In this document: positions 12,891 through 24,255 of the stretch, one piece after another
Position numbering within the stretch: position 1 is the stretch's first letter
How the letters are laid out: every line of letters begins with the position of its first letter
Source of the DNA: Botryllus schlosseri
Lineage: Eukaryota
NCBI GenBank assembly: GCA_051294905.1
Contig: CM119386.1
Location: 4,216,001 to 4,280,000, forward strand
DNA length: 64,000 bases
Direction of reading: 5' to 3'
Program-made: the position numbers and the translations under genes
The notes under the pieces: model-generated
Told to the model about the DNA's origin: nothing
Database searches by the model: none
Seen by the model: the letters and a program-made list of their open reading frames with translations, nothing else

Positions 12891-14404
12891 AACTCGATCA
12901 CAATGCAGAAATCGTGGTTGATTTTTGGGGTTCCAGTTCCATGAGCAGAATATAATTTATATTTTAATAATCAGTACTGCGGTAGCTTCTCATTGATACC
13001 CGTTTTATCAAATTTAGCGCTCGGCAAGCCGGTCAAAAATGGTCGTAAAATTGCCTTAGGACAAATGGAAAGTATGATATAAACCAAATGCAGTCAGCCG
13101 TTCAATCTCGCTGTGCCCGCACCATTTAGGACACCATGCTTTCACCCCTAATGGGTGGGCTGAACCCAGATTAAGAAACCTGCCTTTCACAAACGCTCTC
13201 CTCGCTTGTAACGCGGTCCTGTTAACACAACACCATGAACGAAATACACTATTTGGCAGGCCGCGTTATTTTTGGCATATGCCAAAAATTGCTTATTTTT
13301 GGCATTTTCAAATTTTTATTTCTGGCAGTTTTGGCATCTGGCTTCTGAAATGCCAAAAATAACACGGCCTGGTCATGTACCAAACAATCGCTGCGCGCCG
13401 AAACAATGCTGTTTCGAAACCGAGCAGGCTTGCGTCCATTGATTGGTAACAATTCGCCTGGAAGCTAAGCATTTCGATTGACTCTGACTATAGCACCGAC
13501 CGTCGTAACAAATGCGGGGATCGGCATTCATAATTCGAAATCTAAGATGAAGTGGAGACTGTGACGTAAAAATATCAGAAAAGCCCAAATACGACCGAGT
13601 CACAAACGAGAATGTCAACGTCAAACATTACGTACGCATAAAGGCAAATACAAATTGTGTTGGCTATATAGCCAAGACACATTATAATGTAATATACGGA
13701 GAGGGGAGACGGTTCTTTGTAGACAGAGAATCTATTGTGGTTCATGATTCTGGATTCGAAATCCTTTGTATCAGTGGTTCCAACCGGGTTCTCGAACGGA
13801 CTTAAATGAGGAAGTATTGAAAGTAATCAGCGTTGGTAGTCTAGCAGAAGTAGGCTATAGCAGTAACGCCTCAATTACAAGTATAGTAGTAGCGGTTTCC
13901 ACGACATGTCAACACTACTGCAAGTGGAAGCAGATAATGAAGCATGACCTGTATACTACACAGATTGATGAGGTGAGCAGGACCACTCTTGAAAATCTTT
14001 TAGCTGCAGTTCGAATACGGTTGCTTTCTGAGAAAATGGCTTTTGCTAAAATTTATTGCCAACTTTTAGCTATATTTCGAAACCACATATGCATCGTATT
14101 CAGAGCGCAGTGCGGGTCAGGACCAGGACTAAGACCAGGACCAGGACCAGGATGAGGACGTGGGGCCTGGGACCTTAGTACACAGTCGCCACCTGAACGA
14201 GTATTACAATGAGTATAAAGAAATCAATAAATAAAATCTACAAACAATGAGCGAAAAAGTTTTCAACCTGGATGCTAACACAAGATGTATGCAACTGATA
14301 AAAGAACGCATATGGATCATGATTCAATATTTATCTAAGATATACTTCCGATCAGAATAGAGATCAGTCTGAATGTCGAAGTATGCCAGAATTCTGAATG
14401 CTGA

Positions 14405-14712
14405 ATGAAGGCCGAAATAGTAATATCACGCAATCTGCTCAAAAGTTTGCCCGTGGATAGACCATGTGCTTCATTTGGAACTAAAGTTATGCCAGGCGAA
14501 TATAATTGCATGTTTTGTGGAAAGAATGACCACCATATCCCAGATTGTGTGGGTTTTGAGAGTTTACCGTTTTCTGATCGAATATCGCTTTGCGTGACAA
14601 GTTTTTCTGCTATGGATGTGGGGAAAGATGTACTAGACTGCAAAATTGTAAAGATTGTCCAAGGCGCGTAGTTTGCGGGAAATGCGGAAAGTTTCATCTA
14701 ACTAGCTTGCAT
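14405..14712 (+). pseudogene. BEL/Pao LTR-retrotransposon gag remnant (triple zinc knuckle)
   Basis: CMFCGKNDHHIPDCVGFESLPFSDRISLCV, then after a frameshift DKFFCYGCGERC...DCPRRVVCGKCGKFHLTSLH; this spacing is typical of BEL/Pao Gag. Confidence 0.8.
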
Positions 14713-15027
14713 CAGTGCTCTGCTCACGCCGTTTCGAATTCCATTGAAGTCTCCGAGTAGAAAACTGTGTGGATAATTGATAATGGTATAAAATTGGTGC
14801 TTTGGTTTCGGATTATCCTTGTCTGTTTTACAGTATCGCTGCATGATGTATGTGATTAGCATTTGTCTGTCTTTGTTGCCTGTCAGGGGTCTATTTGTCC
14901 TCGTGCGTTTGATGTAATGTTAGTAGAAGTCAGATTCCCCCGACGTGGAGCCACATTGTTTACACGTTGCGATAAGAGTTGTAAGGACACCTTGTGTTGC
15001 ACGAAAATGTCCTTAGGGGGAATGTAA

Positions 15028-15499
15028 CAGCTGTACCAACAGGGTGCCAATAATATTCTCACCCACCCCTGCACCCAACCTCGTCTCTCCCGACCATTAT
15101 CTTATTGACAAAGTAGTCTGCTAAGCACATGCTTTGAGAGATCGCCCAGCAGTGTAGCGGGCGTGCTCGCGTTTCAGTCGCAGTATCGTATATAGACAAA
15201 AGACAATTAGATTCATTTCACTATGTTCTTTATATATTTGTTAATATATTGCAGTATGATTTGATCCTGGTAAATCTACAAGTTTCTGACCACTAATTAC
15301 TACTAATTGGGCTGTTCTGTGCTATTAAAGAAAGCTCCTTGGATCTACGTGTGTGATCAGGATTGCAAGAGAACTCACAGAGGTCATTAGTCAGTCGGAT
15401 AGTGCGTACAACAGGAGCTGTAGCCGTATCGTCGACTCCAATCAAGTACTATAGGCCTACCAGCGTGTCTTGCAACAAGTCGCTACATCGACCGCTACA
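15028..15499 (+). repeat. Unclassified interspersed repeat, copy 1
   Basis: Colinear with 50405-51055 (CAGGGTGCCAATAAT, AAGCACATGCTTTGAG, TGTTAATATATTGCAGTATGATTTGATC, GGTCATTAGTCAGTCGG). Confidence 0.85.
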
Positions 15500-15724
15500 G
15501 GGCGTTCGTGAAATGGGAAACTATTTAAAATTCAAACAACGAATTTTAAAAAGCGACGTATTCACATATTGTTCGGGCACGGTCGTGCTTGGCAGGGGTA
15601 GTTGAACTTCTCGCTTACAAGCCCTTGTGTCACAGATAACAGTGAGATGCAATCAAAGACAATAGAACCATGTTAGAGATGGCTCATAGCGTGTTTTTTA
15701 ATCACTCCTTTACATTTGCACGCA

Positions 15725-15896
15725 ATATTTGATAAAAGTTGCAGTAAAAATCGGCAAAAAAAAATAGTGAAAAGTTGCAAGATGTTGCACTATAAAATCC
15801 CTCCAAATGGCTTGTAACATCATAGTAGCCTACATAGATTCTGAGTATCTAGGAAGCTGTTGGAAGCTGTAAAAATAGTTGCAAAAACTTGCCCTA
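15725..15896 (+). mobile_element. Right-end fragment of TAGGGCAAG-family MITE
   Basis: AAAGTTGCA repeats and terminus GCAAAAACTTGCCCTA, followed by GTTTTAAG. Confidence 0.75.
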
Positions 15897-16324
15897 GTTT
15901 TAAGTGATCTGTATTTTACATTTGCGTTGGTCGGCTGTGTGAGGTTCTCAGAATCACTAGATATTAGATTATGTCGATCCTGCACCTAAAACAAAAATAG
16001 GTCCAACAGAATGTCGTATTTGGAAAACGCAAACTATAATATAGTTTCCGGTAATTATCCGGATCATCCGTCGCTAGCTTACACAAACCTCTTCCGGTTG
16101 AAATTATGTTATTAACTTCAGATTCAAGCGACGCGTGGTGATTTCAGGACACCGTGAGCAAAGACAACTAGTGATCATCTGAGAAAGTGAGAATAGTGAA
16201 GAGCGACATCTACAGGATAAACATAGCGGACATATGTACAGGTGATGATTGATTGGTGCTAGAACTTAATAATCAGTATCAATAATCGTCAGATCATGTT
16301 TTTAATCTGAATAAGACGCACACA

Positions 16325-16522
16325 CAATGTACAATGCGATGTAATGTGAACAGATAGGAGGATGCCGAACGACCAGTTGCGGTTGCAGTTGCGGTCTCTT
16401 AAACAGGCATCGACCTCGGCTTGGTGCCCGCGATGTCACAGTTCCTTTTTCTATGTTAGTCTCTCTTTCATTGTGTCTTTTTCTGGGCTTATTTGTCGCC
16501 GTAAGAACAGCGAACCTCCGAC
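16325..16522 (-). mobile_element. 5'-truncated SINE copy (family of 48847-49180)
   Basis: Shares CAATGCGATGTAA..GAACAGATAGGAGGATG, CGATGTCACAGTT, TTGTCGCCGTAAGAAC and GAACCTCCGAC with the 48.9-kb copy. Confidence 0.8.
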
Positions 16523-16594
16523 GTGGGCGCATGGGCGGTATGCGCGTATAGTGACGATAAGCGCATACCGCCCATGCGCCCGCGTCGGAGGTTC
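16512..16594. repeat. GC-rich 34-bp inverted repeat
   Basis: GAACCTCCGACGTGGGCGCATGGGCGGTATGCGC, 15-nt spacer, then the reverse complement with a single T/G mismatch. Confidence 0.9.
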
Positions 16595-17119
16595 CAGGCC
16601 GAGGTCGATGTGACTACGCTATCTCCCCGCTACTTGAACGTAGATTTCACGACATATGTCATATATACTTCTCATGCGGCCATAAGTTCTATAACCTCTC
16701 GCTGAGTTCGTCATGGCCAGCAGTGCGATTACAGAGTGGTCTACACCATTTTTGCGGCAGTGTGTTTGGGTCTTATTTGCGTAATTCGGGGGCGATAAAT
16801 GCGAATCTGGCATTCTTTTGTTTCTGCACGTCACGTCGCGTTTATTAGATATTAAATATGGTAATTATAATGAAATTAAAAATAGTATAAAAATAATAAA
16901 ATAAATAATAAATCATCTTGAAGTATAGAGGTGGTTTTAATCATAACTCGAAAATTTTCGTTTTGATGACCTTATTTCGTAGGTATATTGGTGTAACTTG
17001 TTTGTTTGTGGTATTCATGGTGTTTGTCGACTACATTGGTCATTTACACCAGGCCGATTTTCCTTATTTTTAATTCCGCAACTGCCGGCTTGTAGCACGG
17101 CCCACTTCAAAGCTTTTGA

Positions 17120-17270
17120 AGAGCTTCTTGGAGGTACTGAGCTTCAATATACAATTGAATAGTATATTCATATTGAAATGAACCCGAATATTTTCGGCTG
17201 ACAATTACCCCTGACGAGTGTCAGCCGAAAATATTCGCGTTCATTTCAATAGGAATACACTATTCAATTC
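17120..17270. mobile_element. Penelope-like pLTR remnant with inverted duplication
   Basis: 51-bp inverted arms at 17153-17203 and 17219-17269 (3 mismatches); similar to 50786-50987, 47115-47290 and 62383-62460. Confidence 0.8.
17197..17240 (+). ncRNA. Minimal type I hammerhead ribozyme (family 1)
   Basis: ACCC-CTGACGA-G-TGTCAGC-C-GAA-AATATT-C-GCGT: intact CUGANGA/GAAA/UH core, 1-bp stem II, palindromic stem III, stem I 3/4 paired. Confidence 0.75.
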
Positions 17271-19801
17271 TAAGCTTTTATAATACACCGCTTACACGGA
17301 TGATAAGGCGAGTAGGATCCTAGAATCTAGATAAACCGCCCCCTTCCTCTCCAAGTTCCCCCTGTGATCTACCACCATGTGGAAGTCCGATCGCCTGAAG
17401 TAGCGCTCTCCCATACTTCTAAGATCTTGATTACTGACATAGACAAGGTTTTCAGGAACGTAATAAATAAAATAAAAATTGTATGATGATGACAAGACAT
17501 TGTAGCTTTATGCTCTTCTCATATTGAGCATTGTTTGCCGCACTGATTGTTCATTCCTACTAGCAATCCAATCTAATTTTTCCGATTCGGGAAGAAATAG
17601 TTAATTAGTGAGGAATTATATGCGTCATTCTCAATCTTAGATTTCCGAAATTACAGAATGCTGTCATAGGATTCCGGCGCCACCCAAATCTGGTACAGCT
17701 ACAAACCCTTGAACATTGTAGTAATTTAGTGAACGTGATTTGGAGCATTCACAAAGATGTTGCAATCTAATACGATTTGGTGGTCTATGTGAATAGGACC
17801 AGGACGTTGTTTATTTTTGTCGTTTTTGTGGCATATAACCGGACTCATAATATACATACACACGATCTGTGCATTGCATATGCACACCAAAACAAAGAAA
17901 GCGTACATAGTCAGGCAAAAACCAAATGTAATTTGAATATAGTACAACTGATTTACGGTTTACATGTTAGAATTTGTTGAAATTATAAGGAATACATAAA
18001 GCGATCGCTACTACATCGTTTAAACTACGATCACCATTTCCGACATCTTTTTGGTTCGTATTCACAGTTAAAATTTTATATAAGTTGGAGTTTGCATGTG
18101 CTCTGAGGCTGAGCTCGATCCTATCAGGGATTTGCACTATCACTAATTTCTCATGTTTGTCTCGGATGGAACAACACCCCTGCCGATGAAAATCAAGCTC
18201 GGGTTTCTGCTGGTTCATCGAGTGATTGCTTGCAAATTTTGCAAATATTAATTCCTTCATATGTAGGCTATTTTATTCGCAAAACTTATTATTCGGGTTT
18301 TAACGTCTTTTCACAAGTTCAAAAATGAAGACATCCTCGATATTCTTGGGTGGCCCGTATCATACGTGAGTCGGTCCATGGAGACAAGAAGATATAGGGA
18401 CCATTGCTATGCCTGAGACGCTGGAAAGCAATTGTTGCAGTAGACGATTTTAAGGAACGGAAGAGATTGGGAACGACATTGACTGGGAATTCCGAATTCC
18501 GAATGCAGTTACATTCAATTATGGATATTTGCGTAGTTAGTGAAAGTTTTTTTTTACTCGAGAGGGGTACCAATTAACTAAATCAATGAACGTAGTTACA
18601 CTATAAATCGCGCGACTTCGAGTTGATTTCATCTGCAAAAAAGGAGTCTACTTTATAATAATCTACGAAAATTCACCAAACATTGGGCGGGGATTGGGGG
18701 TGGGGCATTTCGCCCCCTTGCTACGCCAATGAATCTTGATGGGAACGGTGATTTATTCTGGCCCCTCGCAGTCAATGCTAGTAGTCAATTATTTTTGGTC
18801 ATTCATAAAAAATGTGCTTAGGATTCTCGGATAAATTCCACGGCTGCAACACCAATGCGCCTCGGGCTCGAGTCCGACTATAAAGTCCTTACCTGAGTAG
18901 TGTCTTAAAATGGTATAGATTAGAACAAAAACATCATGTATACCAAACAACAACAATTCTGAGATAAATAAAGAAACTTCGGGAAACAATTGATTAGCAA
19001 TTGAATCCTTGAAACCGATAGCTGCGCGGATAAACAGATGACTCGCTGTGTGGTCGTTGTTGTTTAGCTTTTCATGTATTACGACAATACAAGAGGCTTT
19101 AGGATGACGGTACTGCTAGCTCGTAGCACCTTACGCATACCCGTATCATATGGCAATTTTAATGTAACTCCAATAAATGGACATGGGAATTCTCGAGGCG
19201 ATCTCAATCGGATTAAAGCATTCAACGCTTGCTGTTGCAGCTGTGGACGGTACCACTACGATATCTTTCGACGACGCCATGTTGAGGTTGTTATTGTTCT
19301 AAAACGACCCTTTTAACTTACAACTATACCGTTGGCATGTAGCAGGGCCCACCTTCGCTCACGCGAATAATCATGAGATATGACGGAACGAATGAGGCCG
19401 TAATTCGACGAACAATGAGTCGTGTGAGTGTCGAATTAAAGTAGTGGACGCCCGAAAATGAAATTGCACGATAATTCGGGAATCCTACGACTGTATGAAG
19501 CAGAATACACATAAAAGTAATATATTATTACAAATGAGAAAACGTGAATTAAAGCAGTAATTCGTCTTATACGTCGAACACAAATGGGTTCCGAGTACAT
19601 TTTAAGCCGTGGCAATTCTTTGCTGATTATAATCAGGGTGGATTGCATTTTCCAATCACCGTTCGCAAAGCCTTTGGAGGAAGGAGTGAATTCACGGTCC
19701 AATCAAAATGATTATCGCGAAAATCTGGCACACGAACAATTGTGAGCACGGGGACGTAACCTACAGCACCCGTGGGCGCATAAAAACGAGTTAATTTAGA
19801 A

Positions 19802-20815
19802 TGGTGGTTCTCAACGTGGGCGATTTTGAGAAACAAGGGGGCGAAAATGCCAAAGGGGGCGATTGGGGGCGAAAATGTTAGAACGTCCAGTGGGATGTAT
19901 TTGATTAACACGGTAACAAAATGCACGTGAAGACGGCTTATTCTGCATATAACCCGAAAAAGAAGTCAGCTCAACGGAAAATTGACGCGGAAACCGATTT
20001 TCCGAGCACGGTGATTTCCAAACTGTGTGACGCCACAGGTTCTCAGGTGTGCAGCGAATATTTTTGTAATTTATTTAAATCAAGGCACGCAGGCAAGCAC
20101 GTGCGGAAAAGGCACTCTGACCGTCTCATATCTGATAAAGCACATGTTGACATTACAATCATGACATTATTGTCGATAAGTAGGTTAAATGTCACGTTAT
20201 ATATTGGGCTGCTATGTGTCGAAGATTCGTTTCACACTCCTTGTGAAGCATCTCCTCAACATAAAATTTATTCGCAAAATCTGAGCATACTGCCTAGACT
20301 TCATTTTGCATTTGCATTGAAATATGTCGTCTCACGATTTGTTGTTCACAAATTTAGATGGACATTCAGTTCATTTGGAAGCAATAAAACAAGCAATCTC
20401 ATTGAAGAAGTGGTCATTGATATATATACGAAATATCCCGTTCTTTAAAACGCTGTTTCCACAAATTATTTGTCTCATTTCAAATCTTGACCTATATCAT
20501 GATAGACACAAAAGCGACCCGAGTCGCATTGCCAATTGCATCTCCGTGACTATATGAACATAGCTTCTTTGTTTTGAATGATATTAAAAGCTGTGCTCGA
20601 GAGAGACTGCTTGAAATTGACGACGAAATACGGGTATGTCGTCAACAATCCAATGTAACTTCGTTTCAGTCGCATATATGTTCCTATAAATTATTATCAT
20701 AGCCATCGCGTTACCACGTAAATCTTTTCTCAAAAATCGCAATTTTGTAAGTGTGCCGCGAGCGTTTTATAATTTTTCTATAGTGTGCTACAAGCAAAAT
20801 ATTTGGGAACCACTG
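19802..20815 (+). mobile_element. Buster/ZBED8-like hAT deletion derivative
   Basis: Ends TGGTGGTTCTCAA / TTGGGAACCACTG; plus-strand remnant ...DIYTKYPVL... and DIKSCARERLLEIDDEIRVC...ICSYKLLS*PSRYH (about 20420-20720) resembles the Buster-type C-terminus IKSKKRERL..IDEEMRVCLS (recalled pattern). Confidence 0.72.
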
Positions 20816-21786
20816 ACCTACCACGTCGGAAAAATGCCCTTTTTTTAGTAAATTCACCATCGATCAGAGTATAGGTGAATAAATCTTCCGTTTATGTGTC
20901 CTCCTTCTTCGGATCCGTAAATATGGGGTGCGAAAATTTGTGTCGAGAGATAAGGGGGCGATTAGTCGAAGAAGGTTGTAAACCACTAATTTAGAAGATA
21001 ACTGGTATGTCCCGTCTAATTGTGAGAAGATAAGATGTTTGGTGTATTTGGAAAATTGAGACTGTAACATTTAGAAATTCTTGAAATAGCTCTTCCTTAA
21101 ATAACTGCAAGACCATCTGTTGATTCGTACCGACGATTCGTATATGCACTGCCCACTTTACGATCAACCGGATCATATGACAATGGGAAAAAACCTCCAA
21201 AATTTACATGCGAATTCCGGAGACGACATGCCAGCACCACTCTTTCATCTCGCAACACCGTTGTCTTGTTATTGTTATTGTTCCAAAATGACCTTTTAAT
21301 ACTGCTGGCTCTGTTAACGCGTAGCACAACCCACCTTGCGCTTACCCGGATCATGTGGAAATGACAGTAAACCTCAAACATTTAGGTAGAAAGTCCTAAA
21401 ACGACCTCAGTCGTATTCTACCGTTCAACCCTAAAACGACCTTTTTGAACTTACAACATTATATAAGCGTAATTCTCTTCATTATGAGAGGAACTCATTA
21501 TTCAAATGAGCATCTGTAGGAAAACCCGGTTGTAATTCCGAATATTACCAGCAGTTATATATACGCACCGTCGACATTTTTAACACATTTCTAACTCAGT
21601 TATAATACAGTACGTGACTTCCTAGTCTACTTTGTATAGCCTTTAATCTCCCTGCCTATATCGTCGCGGTGGAATCAAATTAGTATAATGTAGACCTATA
21701 GTTACCAGTATCGTTAGCGAAGAGATACGTATAGTCAGATGAGCTGAATATGTTCAAATATGCCCTAACGCTTGTGACTATTGTGG

Positions 21787-22051
21787 TACGATTACCATAT
21801 TTTGGAATCCGGAAAGGGGGACACTGTCTCCAAATCTTAAAAGTCAGATTACCGGACTAGAAAACTCCTGATTCTGAATTATTTACTAGAAATCCTTTTC
21901 TGTTGACTAAAAAAGGTCATCTTTACGACTCGACTTCCGGATCACCCTCTTTTTAACGATACTGCTGTGGTGTTTCCCCAAAAAAGGACATTTAGGCATC
22001 CTCGGAAGACATTTTCGATTTCATGAAAAAGGAGGACAAATGGTAACCCTA
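21787..22051. mobile_element. TAGGGTTACC-family hAT MITE
   Basis: Right TIR ATGGTAACCCTA, degenerate left TACGATTACCAT; AGGAC repeats; flanks TATTGTGG / CATTATGG. Confidence 0.7.
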
Positions 22052-23734
22052 CATTATGGGAACGCAATGCTTCAGGATAATTTGACAGTAGACCTACTTG
22101 ACTAGACTTTATAAGATTTCTTCGCGATTAAAACAATGAATCCAAACTCATCAGAAGCAAAAAACTGAAAAGGCCAGTGTTTGTTGTGCTACAATATCAG
22201 TCAACGTAACATTGACACGAGAGGTACAGAGAGGCCAGCTTCTTGAAGTGTGATGGATTTTGATACCAGAAAACACAAAAAGTGCGTAAGGACGACTTGC
22301 GATACGCGCCAAAACTTTAGACATCTACTTTTTCGTAGTAGGCCTAATTTGGTAGGTCTTCTTCCACTCCTTACTCTAGTACAGGGGTACGCAACCGGGG
22401 TATCGTTTGAACTGACCAAGGGTGCCGATAGAAAATGAGGTGATGCGGGATGAAGGATATCCAAATTCTGAGTACTTTACCAAAAGGGGCGAATAGGGCC
22501 TTGCCCCCAAAAATGTTTCGCAAATTTTTTTAAATCAAAATAGGTGGGGGATTTTTGCGCAGATAAATTTGACTTGAAATTTTTTTTCGCCACATTTCTT
22601 GATATTATTATTGGTACCCCTTGCGAATAAATAATCTCCGCAGAATACGAGTAATTTCCAGAGTTGAGTTCGCGATTATGAGAGAACGGTATTTTACTTG
22701 TAACGTTCAGCGTTAGAAATGCGACTCGCACAGGAAAATATGCCCCCAAGGGGGAGAGGCGGACTTTGTCCTGGGGGGAGTTCCCCTGAACTTATCAAAA
22801 ATTTGGCCGGCCGAATTTTTTTTCGGGCTACGATCCTGGTAACCACAGGTATACATAAACCATTTATTTCGCATAATATATGTACAATTGTAATATACAA
22901 TTGTAATAAAAGGATTGATTTGGAACGTTGGTGGAAACGGTGATTTATTCGGACCCTTCTTATTCATTATTAGTAGCAAATTACAGGAGCAGATGACTCA
23001 TGTTGCCATTTTTCTTCTTCTAAAGCTTCCAACAATTGTCGTTACAGCCTTTTTGCTGTGAGACGAACTTATCTTAACATTATCTATTCGATATCAGAAC
23101 TGTAGTTCGTATAAGTGACACCTGACATTTACGAACCATCGATATCTTTCCTCGGATTTCTCAGAAGAACAGAGTCGGTTGTAATACGGTGAGCGAAATC
23201 CACGTTTTCCTTATATTGCCCTCATTGATTTTGTACATGTGAACGTATAAGTGCTGCATCAGAGATGTCGGCATCAGAATCCATTGGCGGGCCGCACTAT
23301 ATATAATAAAACATTGTACAATACTTGAGGGACAAAGTAAATTAGCTTTTTTTTTAAACGCAGTCATAGCAGATTGCCCCTGTGCCATTGGGAAATATAA
23401 AATATGGATATCACGCTTGAGCTCGTCGATTCCCCCTTACAGCCTTACTACTCTCGCATATGCGCATTTTACATTGTACAAATGTATGTGATGTACGTAT
23501 ACAGTGTTTATTTATTAGGATTGATGGATAGCCTGCATTCTTGTATCTCCTTGTTTAAGTTAGCATCAATCCGGATTGATTGTTTCTAATTTCCGTTATT
23601 TTAATCGTCATTTTCGAAGAGAGTAGTATTGTCAAGCGCCTTTTGCCTCGGTCTGAATGAGATATTGAAGTCCCCATAGGATGTGCATGATGTGTTCATT
23701 GTTCAAGTTCATGCACAAGCGCACAACGTCTTAC

Positions 23735-23814
23735 CTTTGACAACGCTGAATTTTCTTCATCAATGTCGTTATAGACGATTTGATTTGATTTGTCGAGCCA
23801 TCGCAGTTCGCTGA
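23735..23814 (-). CDS. Candidate small internal exon (V)SELRWLDKSNQIVYNDIDEENSALSK
   Basis: Acceptor TATATAG| at 23815, strong donor AAAG|GTAAGA at 23735/23734, open frame. Phase-compatible with an acceptor at 23296 giving CGPPMDSDADISDAALIRSHVQNQ*. Confidence 0.3.
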
Positions 23815-24060
23815 CTATATATACGTCTTGCATATAGTGTATTATGTTCGTGATATTGTGTGGTTTGAGGTCAAGCTAAAAGCAATGACTGTCACATGAA
23901 GTGTCTTAAATATTCACAAATGGAAAAGATGAATATTTCAGGTTCATCCCGCAGGATTAGTCAATAAATAGTGACGTCACGACTCAGGACCCATGGGTTA
24001 TACGAACCTCTGTCCTAATATAACTATTACAACCTACAGTATATTTACTGTATATTTCAG

Positions 24061-24255
24061 AAGTCACCGAAGCTGAGATTAAGCGAACGAAGAGATATAA
24101 TGCCGAAAGAAGAGAAAATGAAGGCCGCTAAAGCCGTATTGGAGGTCACTGGACAGGTGGTTCTGACCACTCTTAATGTGATAGGAGCTGTGGCAGAAGT
24201 TATCGGCCCTGAGGCTACTGAGACTGTTGTGTCTGCTGTCTGTGTTATACAATGA
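24061..24255 (+). CDS. Terminal exon of small CaaX-ending protein, paralogue A (...SAVCVIQ*)
   Basis: Acceptor TATATTTCAG| at 24060; phase-0 frame KSPKLRLSERRDIMPKEEKMKAAKAVLEVTGQVVLTTLNVIGAVAEVIGPEATETVVSAVCVIQ* (internal ATG at 24100); intron end, exon start and 3' UTR are similar to 48085-48510. Confidence 0.65.
   Translation, partial: KSPKLRLSERRDIMPKEEKMKAAKAVLEVTGQVVLTTLNVIGAVAEVIGPEATETVVSAVCVIQ

Larger units (their letters stand above)
12017..13371 (-). mobile_element. Internally deleted hAT element with transposase remnant and duplicated left end
   Basis: 22-bp TIRs CAGGCCGTGTTATTTTTGGCAT / ATGCCAAAAATAACACGGCCTG; perfect TSD GTCATGTA (12009-12016, 13372-13379); second left-end copy begins at 13257. 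Confidence 0.88.

Noticed and set aside
13766-14155. 129-aa ORF ending in PGPG repeats
   Set aside because: It starts in a MITE-like end and the tail is a GGACCA microsatellite; no domain.
14720-15030. Minus-strand frame containing LLGDFN (APE-like) and CKQC
   Set aside because: No other endonuclease motifs at the right spacing, and it abuts a better supported plus-strand gag remnant; likely chance.
19921-20448. 175-aa ORF as a host gene
   Set aside because: It lies wholly inside the 19802-20815 transposon and runs from terminal repeat sequence into transposase remnant.
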